A stretch of 64,000 nt of DNA from contig CM119271.1 of NCBI GenBank assembly GCA_051294375.1, forward strand, positions 13,826,372 to 13,890,371, given 5' to 3'. Below, in pieces: positions 30,659 through 44,305 of the stretch (its first letter is position 1; each line of letters opens with the position of its first letter). Made by a program: the position numbers and the translations under genes. Source of the DNA: Paraspadella gotoi. Taxonomy: Eukaryota; Animalia; Chaetognatha. The notes under the pieces were generated by a model that was given only the letters and a program-made list of their open reading frames with translations, made no database searches and was not told where the DNA came from.

Positions 30659-31380
30659 CGATTTTCTCAGATTTACTTCGCTCTCTGAATGACGACCAAT
30701 TTTTTCTTGTTTTATGTACACAATTCAAAAACATAATATAACTAGTTTTTTCTTGTACAATATAATATGACGATGTAAACTTTAAAAACCCCAGTGCCTT
30801 TTTTATTTCCTCCCACCCTCTAAAAACAAAGCACACACGAACAGCAGTTTATGTTTATCAGCTAGGGATTATTTGAGGCTTATGTATTTTTCGGCTAGAC
30901 ACGATAGATAATGCTTTTCGGTCTGCTTGAAACCATCCGAAGGGTTAGCGTGCAATTATAAATAATAAAATCATGTAATTAAAGTAAACCTATGACTAAA
31001 TAAAAATTAAAATATTTCGCTATAACCTGGCGGTTCGCTTTTCGAGTTTTCTCGCTCACCGTGTCGCGATTTCATCGCGTCTCTTTCAACCTGAATGAAA
31101 ACAAAAATCCTTTAATCGGCGAATGTAATTTAATTTAATGTAATTTAATGCCAACTCCGATTACGACACAAAAATTTTAATCGCAAAATAAATAATAGTA
31201 TTTCTCGTTTTCTTTCTCGTTCGTCGTTGACGTCGAACTCCGTATTCCTTTTCGTGTTAAGTCTTTGAAACGGCGGGGGAAAAAAAATGACGATTTTAAA
31301 TCGCGTCAACTCGGACTCGAACCCAATTATTTAAACCCGAGCCTCATTTAGACAAAAGAACAACGAACTCGAGAATAAAA

Positions 31381-34300
31381 ATGGGGGAGAAGTCGACGGA
31401 GCGTTGCGAACTCCCCGCGGAGTCGGTGAAGATCGCCTCCGAATCCGTCGGCATTGCCAACTTGTCCGAAGAAGCTGCCTCCATGCTCGCGGAGGACGCT
31501 ACATATCGAATTAAGCAGGTAAATTGGCTATTAAAGTATTATAATGTAAACAAATCCGTTTCTTTTCGTCAATGCGTATTATATTCTCGCCTCCCCCACC
31601 CCCGCGAACCAGCTGTTGCAAGAGGCGACCAAGTTTGCCCGCCACGGACGCCGCTCTTGTCTCTCGACTTCGGATTTGGACCACGCCCTGAAATCGCTCA
31701 ACGTGGAGCCGCTTTATGGTTACCAGTCGCCGGACCTGATTCCCTTTCGCTTCGCCAGCGGCGGCGGTCGAGAACTTCACTTTCACGAGGAGAAGGAGAT
31801 CGATTTGAGGTTTCGCGTCTTTCTCTTTGTTGCTGTTACTTATTTGGGATCTATTTTATGTTAATTTTTTCAATGTCACTTCTCAAGTGACCTCCTGAAG
31901 GAGACCGTGCCGAAACTTCCAGTCGATCTGTCGTTGAAGGCCCATTGGCTGGCGATCGAAGGCGCGCAGCCAACTGTTCCCGAAAATCCTCCTCCGGTTC
32001 CGAAGAGTCAACAAAAGTTGGAGGCCGTCGATCCGGTCGCCGCCAGAGACGCCAAGAAGGCCGCTAAGGTGGGTTTAATGTTAATGATGCAGTGGATGCG
32101 GCAAGGACGTTCAAATCCAATGACCCAACCAACTGACCCCTCTCACAGAAACCCTCCCTAATTTCTGGCGCCGGCGAGGCGATAAAGATCAAACCTCTCG
32201 CCGTCCACGAACTCTCCGTGGAGCAGCAACTCTACTACAAGGAGATCACTGAAGCCTGCGTCGGCTCGGACGAGGCACGGAGAAGCGAGGCCCTCAACAG
32301 CCTGGCCACGGATCCCGGCCTTCATCAGCTCCTGCCCCGTCTGGCCATGTTCATCAGCGAGGGCGTCAAGGTCAACGTGGTGCAGTCGAATCTCGCGCTG
32401 CTCATCTACCTCATGCGTATGATCCGTTCGCTCATGGACAACCAGACGCTTTACATCGAGAAATACTTGCACGATCTTGGTGAGTGAAGAGGAAGATAGA
32501 GAGAAGAAAAAATAGAGAGGGAGCGAGATGTCATTTGATGTCTTCCTCCATTTAGTTCCGGCCGTAATGACTTGCATTTTGAGCAAGCAACTTTGCATGA
32601 GACCCGACGTCGACAACCATTGGGCGTTGCGAGATTTTTCAGCTCGCTGCATCGCCACCATGTGCAGAAACTTTGGCAACAGCACAAATAATTTGCAGAC
32701 GAGAATTACCAAGACGTGCAGGTACTAATTGTCGAATTTCCTCGCTATATTTCTTCCCGAACGAGCTGTGTGTCACCGCTTTTATTCTTCAGCTTGGCCC
32801 TGGCAAACGAAAAGGCGCCTCTGGCATCGCACTACGGCGCCATCGCGGCGCTCGCGGAAATGGGACACGAGGTCGTGAAGGCTTTTCTCTTACCGCGCGT
32901 TAAGCAAGAAGGAGAGAGGATACGGTCCTGTTTGGGTAAGATCCATAGTTGCTTAGTACTTTTCACCATTTTTCTGTTTTTTTTTTTTTTTAATTTAATT
33001 TTGTTTAATATCTTCTTTATTCTCTCTCCAGAGGGCAGCGCGGTTTCCAGCGTGGATAAAACCGCGGCGGATCACATCAAGCAGTTGCTCGTCAAAGTTT
33101 TGGTTCCCGTGGTTAAAGTGACTCGGACGGGACCCGACATGCTCGAGGAGTACAGGATCGATTACGGCTATTTGGGAACTCTCATTCATTCGCAAGTAAA
33201 GGAACGCTGTAATCTCATTTAGATATTGTCTTTATCACTTTTCTTTTGCGAATTTCAAATATGTATTCAAAGACTTTAATTACCCAGTTTGCTTTTGCAA
33301 TTTTACTCTCCCCCCCTTGCGTTCTGCCTCCTCCAGATCTCCCTCCTCAAAACTCGACAACAGCAGGCGACTCATCAGGCGCAGCTTCGATCCTCGACCG
33401 TCTCTTCCTCCGCTCCCCCTTCCTCCTCCTCGGCGCCTCCATCCGCCGCCGATTCGACGCCGCCCGTCCCCGGCGCCGCCTCAGCGACGTCCACATCCGG
33501 CGTCGCGTCGACGCCGTTCGCGTCGCCGAGACTAGCGCCGCCAGTGAGAGCGACGACGATTCCCCCAACGACGACGTCGACAACGCGTTTTCCAGTTTCC
33601 TTGACGATCAACAATCAACAACAGCAAGAGACGCAGCAGCTTCTCCCTCAGCCGCCTCTGCAGGGGTCCCAATCCGCTACGATATCCCTGCATCCGTCGC
33701 AGCTTCAGCAGCCGAAACTCATTCAACAACAGCCGCAGCAAACCAACGCCAACCGTTTCGTCATCGTTCCTCCAGGAATCCAAAACCAAGATCAACAACA
33801 GCTGCATCATCAACAACAGCAGATTCAACAGCAGCATTCTTACGCCAACGTTTCCCTTAGCGGCGCCACCGTCGCGTCGGTGCAGCAGCCGAATCAGCAG
33901 CAGCAACAGCACCAGACGGTCGTGAAACTGGTGACGTCGACTAGCGGAAATTTAGGGAATTTGACGGTCCCTTCGGCGTCGTCCGCTTCGCCGGCGATAC
34001 CCGGTTCCACGTTCGGCAAGAACGCCACTCCGGCGACAATCGTCGTCGTTCCTCAATCCGGAGATAATCACAAGGCGACGATTCCGGGCGGCGTCGGTGG
34101 AACCGGCGTCGTCGTCGGCGGCGCTCCTCGATTCGTCGGTCAACCGGCGCGGACGTTGGGATCTACTTCCGCTTTGGCGTCGACGGTCGGCGCCGTCGCT
34201 TCGTCTCACAACCAACTCGTCCTTCATCCGAGCGGATCTCTGGCGCACAGGCCGACTATTCAGCTGCAGCAACAACAACAGCAACCGCAGCAGCAAAGAT

Positions 34301-34407
34301 TTAACGCTCTGGCGCCGGGAGTGATCAGCATAAAAGCTGAGGCTAACGTGACGCAAGCCAGGGGGGCGGGGGCGGGCACCGCCAATGATCCTCACACGCT
34401 TGATTGA
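31381..34407 (+). CDS. TAF6: TFIID subunit 6
   Basis: H4-like fold [12 protein letters not shown]; LNVEPLYG; [13 protein letters not shown]; [21 protein letters not shown]; [18 protein letters not shown]; DNHWALRDF; Q/S/T-rich tail. Confidence 0.97.
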
Positions 34408-34727
34408 GGCCGGAGGGTTTTTTTTTTTCTCGTTCAATTATAACAATCTTTCTATTATTAATCGTTCGTATTCTCTCCGCTTCACTCTCCATCTTATTTT
34501 GTTAGATTTCTCCCCAATTTAATTTTTTTCTTTCGTGCGTCATTTTCTTTTTCTCGTCCAGATGGAGGAAAAGAGTCAACCAACTTTTATGGTCAAGCTA
34601 CGGTGAAACCAATGAACTTTTTTGAGAGATTTTATTATCCACTTTGCTTCGCTGTAGGAAATATCGTGAGACGTGAGAGAGAGAGAGAGAGAGAGCGAGA
34701 GCGCGCGTTTAATATTAAACGACGACC

Positions 34728-37082
34728 ATGATGACCGAGTCGACTTCGGCGATCGGTTGCAAACCCAACATTGATGAGCTTCGAGCCTTGGAGCATCCCA
34801 CGCTGAAGGTATGGGCTCGGATAGAAATTAAATTGAATCATTAGTCTTTATTAATCTTTTATAATATTACATGAAGTTCTATAAATAATTTAGGCTTATA
34901 AACATCCTAAAACCCGAAAATGAGAGTAATGTGTATGGACTAATTTTTTGAAGAACCACTGGAACTGTCAACATATTCTCTTAGTCACTTGTTTAATAAA
35001 TAAATAAATAAATCAATCAATTTTTCTCGCTTTTCAGGTTCCTTACGAAACCCTGAACAAAAAGTTTCGCGCCGCCCAAAAGAACATCGATCGCGAAGTT
35101 AGTCACGTGACCGGGGTGGCCGGAGATTTGGAGAAGGTGCTGCTGCAGAGGTGAGTTTCCAATGGAGGACGAGAAGGAGAGAGGCTGGTGGGGTTAGCTC
35201 GGTAAGAGTTGATTGTGAGAATTGGAAGTCAATACTACTTTTTGTTTTTCGCTCGAAGAAGCCCCTGCGTCGGAGACGTCGCCAAACTCTTGGACAACGT
35301 CGTGGAAAGGCTCGTCGTCTTGAAGCGGAAATCGGACGTGAGTTAATCGGGAGCAGAACGAACTGATGAGAAAAGAGCAAATTAGTGATTGACTTTTGTT
35401 TTTGCCCCCTCACCGACGTAGGAGAGCATTTGCGACGAATTGGACGCCGCCAAAATCTGCAAGAAGCGCGTGGATCACCTCAAAGACTACGCCAATCCGC
35501 AGGTAAAGCTTCCAACTAATTCTTCCTCATTTTTCCTTTTCTCTCTCTCTCTCTAAACTCTGGTTTTTTCGCCATCGCATTCAGGCCAACGTCGCTCAGC
35601 AATGGAGACGCCGTCGTTTGGATCGAATGCTGGTCGAGTATTTTCTCAGGTAGTTTTGTCGTTTCGTCGCCATTTTCTCTAATAATTATTAATGATCCGT
35701 TTCAAAACGTTCATTCTTTTGCATTCTTTATTCAGAGCCGGCTACTATCAAACGGCGCTCAAATTGGCCAAGCATTCCGACATTCAAAACTTCACCAACA
35801 TCGATCTTTTCGTCGCCGCCAAAGAAGTTGAGGAATCTCTGGCCAATCACGAGACAAGCAAATGCTTGGCTTGGTTCGTAGGCGGATAAAAAAAATATAA
35901 AAGATTTGTGTATGAGATTCAAGCTTGCGAAGACTCTCGTTGTCCGCTTCGGTTCAAAACGGCTTTTTGACGTCTTTCCGTTAAGGTGTTACGAAAATCG
36001 GACCAAACTGCGCAGAATCAAAAGCACTTTGGAGTTTAATCTTAGACAACAAGTAAAAGAATTCGATCGCTTTAAAATAAAGGATTGACCCTTTGACCTG
36101 AAATCGCCGATACTAGGAGTTCATCGAGATGGTGAAGAGAGACCAGCGCCTCGAAGCCGTGCATCACGCCAGGAAATACTTCACGGGAGCAGAACCAGAG
36201 CAAATGGAGGACATTCAGAAAGTCATGGCCTTGCTCGGTGAGAAGAGGGACCGCCGTCCTTGTCGTAGATTTCTTAAAAAACAATGAGTGCTCAGTTCTT
36301 TCTCTTACTTTTTCGTTTACAAGCTTTTCCCGCCAACACCAATCTCCCCGCTTACAGCCGATTGCTTGACGACAAGCAATGGGATCATTTGATAGTCCAG
36401 TTTCGGTAATTAAAAAACTTGGTCACACATGCTCTTTCGCAATTTTGGGCCATTTTTTACTCTATATTTTTTTTTTTTCAGCACGGAAAATTACAAGATT
36501 CACCAACTTAACTCTTATTCTGTCTTTCAAGTTTGCCTTCAGGCAGGCCTCTCGGCCTTAAAAACCCCAAATTGTTACTCCAAAGGTAAATTGTAATATA
36601 ATTTGAATTTATTAAACACTTTATCAGTGAAGTGAGTTTATCTCCATTTTTCGCAGGCGACGAGAAGCGCAGCACCGATTGCCCCGTCTGCACTTTTCCG
36701 CTCAACTCGCTCGCCAAACCTTTACCCAACGCACATTCCTCGCACTCCAGACTCATTTGTTCCATCAGGTGGAATATTTTTTGTTGTCTTATTTATTCGC
36801 CCCTCTGAGGTTGCTGCCATTATTGCATTGGTGCCTCTTTTCCAGCGGGGAACCCATGAACGAATGCAATCCCCCGCTGATGTTTCCCAACGGTCATTGC
36901 TACGGTCAGAATGCGATTCAGGTACTGATAAACCATTAGTCGCTGGTCGAGTGTTTTAATCACAAAAAAATTATTTCTTTATCCCACAGTTGAATTGTGC
37001 CGAGAACGGGGGAAAGTTCGTTTGTCCGGCGACCGGCGACATTTATCGACCCGAAGACGCCGAGAAAGTATACGTCATGTGA
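34728..37082 (+). CDS. MAEA: MAEA/GID9, CTLH E3 ligase subunit
   Basis: [27 protein letters not shown]; Lis[17 protein letters not shown]; [12 protein letters not shown]; [10 protein letters not shown]; RING-like CPVC..SRLICSISGEPMNE; ends EKVYVM*. Confidence 0.96.
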
Positions 37083-38049
37083 CCTCCTTGCGCGCCGTTC
37101 CGCTACGGCGCCGCTTCTGGAAAAGGACAAAAAAGTTCTGGACTAAACGACGTCATTCTTCTCTGCGAAATCTTTCCATCTCAATTTTTCCCTTTCGACG
37201 ATCGGATGTAATTTTGTCGCGAAGTTGAGAAAAAAAAAGGCGATCGTTTGTTGCGACGTTTTATTGTTATCCATCTTGGATAGATTTAGGTTTTTTTTTC
37301 CGCAATGTTCTTAAGTGATTCCCTAGTTTAATTATAACTAAACAACTTTTAACAAAAAAAAAATTGTTGTATTCTTCTAGATTGAGTTAGGTCTAAATCT
37401 TTTTTTTTTAAGTGATATACTTTTGAATGCGTTCTAGATTAGTTTTTCCGAGATTCAGCGTCTCCGGCGTTGCAGCTAGTCCGGCCGCGCCGTCGATGGT
37501 AAAATAAAAGGATTATTAAATCAGCGCGCGATGCGCATATATTTCCTCGTTTTTCAACAGAGATCCTTGATCGTTTTCCGACAGCTGCATTAAAAACGTA
37601 ATAATCTCGTGAGCGAGTGAATTGTCGCGCTCTTCATCATCAAAATTATTTTAGGCCGTTTCGTATACCATTGCTTAGCAATAATACTGCCGATTAATAA
37701 TCATTACTTTAACTTATTAAGACATTCCCTAGAATTTTTTAAAATATTTTTTTTCCTCCCCATAGTAAAATTTCTTTAAACAGTAAAATTTTTTCGCAGT
37801 CGCTATTTTTGTTGAAAAGGAAAGAAAAAACACAAAAAGAAATAAACCTACAAAGACACTGTGATACACGGGAATCGTCAAAAAGTGATGCGCTAAGAGA
37901 TAATATACAGGACTCGTCTCCTTCAGTCTTCACGAACCCAGGAAATAAACCCGAATTTAAGCAAAGGTGGTGTCATCGCTTCCCTCTTCTCAACTTCTTT
38001 ATCATCTCGGCTCCACTAAATCCGCAGCTCGTCGTCTCCAAGATGCAGC

Positions 38050-38928
38050 ATGATCGCCCGACAGCGCCGTCAGTGGGGCGCTGAGGTTCGAGGAAACTCG
38101 CCCGCCGCAGACGTAAATTTGTGGCCGTCGCCGGCGACCGAAAGTTACGAACAGGTCGGGATTTCTGAACTAGGAAAATTTCTTCGCACGGAAAATGTCT
38201 GACTATTATCTTTCTTTTTATCCCAGAACCTCCGCGCCTCCAAGAAAGAGCTCAATTCGGCCCCTTCGCCCCGCGACTTACCTCCCCAGCCTTACCCGTC
38301 CTTCTACACCCAAAGCGCCGACTACCAACTGCAGGGCAAAGCCGAGACCCTTTCCTCCTTTCAGTCAAGCTCCAACCCCTTCGCCCACTTCGGCCAGCAG
38401 AGCGCCAACGGCTTCAACTTTTATGCTGCTACTGGTTAGTCAACCGTTCATCAATTGAGAAAGAGTTTCAAGGTCTCTCAAACTTTTATGAAAATAAAGT
38501 TATTAATTTGTGAAGTCATACTACAATAAAATTACTAATTATTTAAATATTTAACAACGAAAGCGAATAAACCTGATAAAAAGTATCCGTAAAAAAATCT
38601 AAAACTTCTAAGTAAACCGAATCGAGAGACCTTGAGAAATAATCTAAATTACTACGATATGTAAATGAGATTAAGTAACTAGATCATATGTAAATAGAAC
38701 CGCGTGAATTTCATTCCCAGAATCCTTCCCCGACGCGGACATGACGTGTCGCGATCGCACCTCCGAGTTCTTCCGCATCGTCGAGGAAGAGCGGCTTAAG
38801 CGGCAGGGCACTGGCGCCGCCAACGCGGGCCGACCCAAGCCTTTCGCTCGGCGGAGCGAGTTCATGCAGATCGCCAAGACAATCGGTGAGGCTGGACGTC
38901 TGGGATTGTGGAATTTTGTTCCTGCCTA

Positions 38929-38959
<31 letters not shown>

Positions 38960-40874
38960 AGGCTTGGACATCAGTAACACCTACGCTAAGCTTGAGAAAC
39001 TCACCATTCTCGCCAAAAAGAAATCCTTGTTCGACGATCGGCCAATAGAGATACAGGATCTAACTTACATCATCAAGCAGGTAAAGAAAATGGGGTCTAC
39101 TTGCCTATCTTTCATACTATACATATTTACTCTCTTACTTTTTTCTGTCTTTCCATTAAGGATATTTCTAGTCTCAACAAACAAATCGCTCAGCTCCAAG
39201 AATTCTCTCGGAACCGCGATGAGAACTCGGGTCACGCGAAGAAACATTCCTCGTCCGTGGTCGTCTCCCTCCAGTCCAAACTGGCGAGCATGTCGAAGTC
39301 CTTCAAGCATGTCTTGGAAATACGCACAGGTTAGCTAAGAAGAAATCAAATATTTGCAACGAGCGAAGTTGACGCTTTCTTCCTATTTTATTATTCTTAT
39401 GAAGAGACAGTAATTATTGTTGTGTTAGTGTCAGAACCGTTCCGTATAAGCAGTCAATGAGCTTCGGATCAGGCTGTAACACCGTGTTACAGGCGGGTTA
39501 AGCGCCCCTTCCCTCTTAACTGCTAGGCGACCACTGGGTTGGGAGGCGAATGACTTGCCTCCTTCACCAATGGCCGCTGATGAACGGTTGGTGGATTTTA
39601 GTCCACCATACTTAATTTATTATTATGTTATTATGTTATGGCAACAGCCGGGTTGCCTGTGATGCTCATTGGGATGGTGCATCTCACTGTTGGCTTTGGG
39701 GGCTTCCGACCCTCAGTGACGCCTCGTGTGGACTGTGGATGGAACACAACGCCTGGGATGGTGCGTTCCCCCTCTGAGCCAATGGGATTGGCTGAACGAT
39801 GAAGGATGTGAGGCGGTGTGAATATACCGCCACAATGTTATTATTTTGTTTCCCTCTGGTATTCTTTTCAGAAAACCTGAAGCACCAGAAAGAGCGACGG
39901 GAACAGTTTTCGTCGCAACCGCCGATCGTCTCGTCGGCACTGCCGCCTCGTAATGCCCAAGGCGGTGCGCTGATGTCCGCCGCCAGGGCGTCTCCAGCCC
40001 CTACGGGTCAAGGTGGGTCTGTTTTTTTTTTCTTTTCCGCTCTCTCTAATTTAATCTCTCTTATCTAATCTCTTTAATCTCTCTAATCTAATCTCTCTAA
40101 TCTATTAACTCGCGCACTTTTTTATCTCTTTTCTCCAGGTGCTAGCAACGGGTCCTTCCTCATCGATATGGACGATGCCGCTGGCGGCGGTTCCGCGTCC
40201 TCCGCATCCTCGCAGATGCAAAATCAGATGCAGCAGCTGGCGTTGCTCGACGAGACGGACTCGTACATCCAGGAACGATCGGACGCGATGCAGAACATCG
40301 AGAGCACTGTCGTCGAATTGGGTCAGATCTTCACGCAGTTGGCGACGATGGTCAAGGAGCAAGAGGAGATGATTCAAAGGTGCGATGAAATCATTGGCTG
40401 CGGTTTGGGTTTTTTTAACAGAGGACCAAGGGGAGATGACACGAATGAAGTTTTATTCAATGGTTGGGATATATATTCAGTCTTGTGATGACAACAATGA
40501 TAGCATGAACCAACTACTAGAGCATTCTTGATTGCTTCTGACTTCATTTCTAATATCCACATTCATTTGGCTCTTTTTTTTTCTTTTCCTTCCTTTCCCC
40601 TTACTTCGTATTTCGGCCCTTTCCTTGCTCTCCTGTACACCCGAATTTTTCCTCTCGCCTTTCCTCCTCTTCACTACCAACCATATCTCGCAATCTCGAC
40701 CTTTCTTTCTTTAGGATCGACGCCAATGTGGCCGACACTGAGCTCAACGTTGAGGCGGCGCACGGGGAGATCCTCAAATATTTCCAGTCCGTCACCTCGA
40801 ATCGATGGCTCATGATTAAGATATTTCTCGTTCTGATAGTCTTTTTCATAGTCTTTATTGTATTTTTAGCTTAA
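38050..40874 (+). CDS. STX5: Syntaxin-5; long-form start 38050, short-form start 38741
   Basis: MTCRDRTSEF; ISNTYAKLEKLTILAKKKSLFDDRP; SNARE motif MQNIESTVVELGQIFTQLATMVKEQEE; C-terminal TM; upstream in-frame MIARQRR. Confidence 0.96.
39393..39613. mobile_element. Second copy (inverted, internally deleted) of the tRNA-containing repeat at 4357-4600
   Basis: Reverse-complement match; lacks part of the tRNA T-arm region. Confidence 0.8.
39625..39840. mobile_element. Adjacent structured element of similar architecture (terminal hairpins, antisense A/B-box-like segment)
   Basis: Hairpins GGCAAC..GTTGCC and GGCGGTGT..ATACCGCC; the minus strand has TGGCTCAGAGG and GTTCCATCC. Confidence 0.4.
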
Positions 40875-41341
40875 ATTAAAAAAATATAGTAATTAGACCT
40901 CAAGATTAGATCTTATTTCATATACAACGTAAGACTTAAGGATTTTTGAAGGTGCGGGACTCCGTTCATATAGGACTTTCGGCAAGAGACTCTGCTTGGA
41001 TAAAATATTTTTTTTAATAACATCTTTTTTATTTCGTCCTTTTTTAAACAAAATCAATCGTTTTCAATAATCGCGATCGTTGTGTCGCTAAATCAAGTCG
41101 TTAAAAAAACATAAATCGTTGAAGATATCATAAAATAAATTCCACGAAACTTTGTTCCTCTCCTCCCTCGCCCTCCCCTTTCAGAAAGAGTTGTTCTTTT
41201 TGAAAATATTATTTAGCCTGTGACTTAACAAGACATAAAAGGAAATGTCTCGATATCTGCGGACGATGTCTGATAAAATATTCCAAGATGTAATGAACTA
41301 AAGACCCACCGATACTTAAAAGACATCTCCTTTCGCTGGTC

Positions 41342-44305
41342 ATGGACTTTGTCCGCCGCCGGCCGGCCGTCTCCGCCTCCGCCGCCATCATGGCCGTCAT
41401 TTGGGGCGAAGTCTACATCCTCACGCGCGGCGACGACGCGACGAGACGAAGACTCGTTCGGTATCAGATGGTCGTCATCATCGAAGTCATACTCGCTTTC
41501 CTCAACGCAGTCATGCTCAATTGGAGCCTCAGAGCCCCAGCGTTAAGAGGTACAAGGAGAGACATCCCAGAATTTAAATATTTGAAATATTATAGCACTT
41601 CTTTGATAGGGAAGCCAGGTACTCTGGAAGTTGATAAACTTTATAGTCTTGATTGAAAACTTGTGAGAGGGATGGAGACCTTTAGGTCCTTTACCCACCA
41701 GTGTCCAGTGTCCAGTCGGGTGAAGTGAAAGTGAAGTGAAGTGAAAACTATCATAATAGTGAATACTAATCTGTAGTTTTTTTTTGTTTTTTTTTTTAAT
41801 TCTGAGAACAGATTCGGATTCCTTGTTAAAAGTTGATAAAAAAATAAATATTTTTCAAAAATTATGTCATTAAGTAGGTTCAAATTATAAAAAACCTGGA
41901 AATTAAAAATCAGCGTTTTAAATATATTTTTTTTTATTTTTGACCAAGTTCATGAAATAATTTTTAAAAAAGAATTATACTTTCTAGTATCAACTTTTTG
42001 CAAGGAATCCAAATCCGATCTTAAAATTTAAGAATTTTTATTTTAAAATTTTAGCTTATTACTAGATATAAATATAGCTCACTGGTGTCCTCTAAATGTA
42101 TAAAATTAAAAAATAAATTTACCAAAATATTTTATTGGTTTTTATTTTCATATTTTATATGCTCAATTTTATTTTTTTTTTTTTAAATTTTATCATTTTC
42201 ACATCACTCTACTGTCCAGTGTCCAAAGGCAGGGGCAAAATACCTTATTTATTAAATGAATGGTTAATTTCATACGATTTTGTGGTATTCGTTTTCCTCT
42301 GCCTCCTTTCTCTCTACTAATAGTACTATGCCGTTATATTTCTCCCGCTCCAGCTATTCGCTCCACTCGTCTCCTCGTCCTGCTCCACTTTTACCGCGCC
42401 TCCGTTGTCCTTCTCTCCTTCATGGCGCAGATTTCCTTTTTCACGATGCTCTTGCCTCAGGCCCCAGATCCCCGCCCTTTCGTCTACGCCTCCTGGTGCG
42501 CCTTCGGGATCGCCGCCCAGTATCTCTTCTGCGCCGGGGTAACTTAACAATAGGTTACTTTAAGATTGAGAGCGTCAAACTCATTTAGATATTATAGAAC
42601 GCTAACCTTAAGTACTTCTAGATATGTAGTTTTTATAGTAGTAGTTTTTATTGTTGATATTGTTGAATAGTTTTAATATTTCATAAGAATTTGGGGTGAT
42701 GTTTTATTGTGATGTTTAATTGTTTTATTTAAAAGATTATGGGGGTCATTCATTAACTAGCCGGCTTTCTCAAAGGTTTATTTTTTAAAAGTATAAGGTA
42801 CGTTTAAAATTACTTGTTCTATTACTTTATTAGACAATTTTAAAATGAATATAAAAGTTTAAAATACTTTTAATGGCTCATTTGTATGTCAGGTTTCATT
42901 TATCTATTTTATAATGTTTTTCGTTTGTTCAGACTTAGTCTGTTTGTTTGTTGACGATGATTGTACTGAATCAACCTTGTTGTATTCGAATAAAATCGCA
43001 TACATTTATTATTATCATTGACGAGAATATCATACCTCCATGTTCTTTTTCTCCCCCATCTCAGTTGTTGTCCTTCCTCTGGCTCGTCTACCGTCTCTTT
43101 CTCAAGTTCTTTCGCTCCTCCTCTCCCTCGACTCCATCCCTTTTCGGCGTCGACTTTAGAGACTTTCGCGCCGCCGTCTCTTTCGTCTACGCGGTCGTCA
43201 TCAGCGCCGCCTGCATTTACGGGGGATTGCAGCTGCCGACGGTGAAGGAGGTGGAGATTTCCATCTCCCGCCTCCCGCATTCTCTGTCGGGTAAGTTGCG
43301 CCGGGCGATGGTGAATCGGGTAAGGTCGTAAATACTCAAAACGTATTTTTTTTGTCGGTCCTCGCAGGTCTGGTCATCGCCCAACTGAGCGACATTCATT
43401 TGGGTCCCACCTCGGGTCTCACACGGCTTCGAGGTATCGTCGATTTGACCAACCAGTTGGGTAAGTGACTCTTGAACTGTCCCTCCTTCACTTACCATTT
43501 TATCCCATCGCCTCATTCTGAATTCTTCCACAGACCCCGACGTGGTGGTGGTCAACGGCGACCTTGTCGACGGCGACGTGCAGCACTTGGGTCCGGCCGT
43601 AGCAGAGTTGGGTCGCCTCCGCTCCAAACGTGGCGTCTTCTTCGTCACAGGGAATCACGAGTACATCTCCGGCGGCGTCGACGATCTACTCGACTTCCTC
43701 GATCGACACGGAGTTCGATCGCTGCACAATTCCAACGTCAAGATCTTTGGATCGAAAGCGGAGGATTTTCTGTGGCTCGCGGGAACGGACGACATCTTCG
43801 CCGATAAGATTGGGTAAGTCGAAACATTATTCGTTATAATTAATATATTTCATACTATAAAATGTAATAATCATGGCATTCAGCTACGAGGGTCACGGTT
43901 TTCGTCTAGCGTCGGCTCTCAACAGGACCGACGATTCTCATCCCCGCATCCTCCTCGCCCATCAACCCAAAGCCGCCCTCGCCGCGCTCAAATCCCAGTT
44001 TCGCTTGGATCTCATTCTCTCGGGTCACACCCACGGCGGTCAATTCATTCCGTACAACGTTTTGCTTTGGTTCGGCAACCCTTTTTTCAAGTGGGTAGTG
44101 TTTAAATATATCTCTCACGTTATGCAATACGCATGATTGAAGAGAAGTTATATTCATCATAACTTTTTTTTTCAGGGGACTATACCGCAACTTGGGAGCA
44201 AAAAAAGATTCGCAAGTCTACGTGACGGAAGGATCCGTGTTTTGGGGCAGCCCGTTCAGACTCGGATCAACCATGGAAATTTCCAAAATCGTGCTCAAGC
44301 CTTGA
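41342..44305 (+). CDS. TMPPE: Transmembrane metallophosphoesterase, copy 1
   Basis: N-terminal TM helices; QLSDIHLG, NGDLVDG, VTGNHEY, LLAHQP, LSGHTHGGQ, SQVYVTEG..RLGSTMEI. Confidence 0.88.
41710..42210. mobile_element. Degenerate foldback MITE related to 18485-19096, nested in another repeat
   Basis: Shares CAGATT.GGATT..AAAAGTTGATAAAA and TATCAACTTTT..AGGAAT.CAAATC inverted blocks; flanked by TGTCCAG duplications. Confidence 0.65.

Noticed and set aside
39640-39836. Resemblance to U19/SNORA74 or the 7SK 5' end
   Set aside because: Only short word matches from memory and no clear H box; cannot be supported without a covariance search
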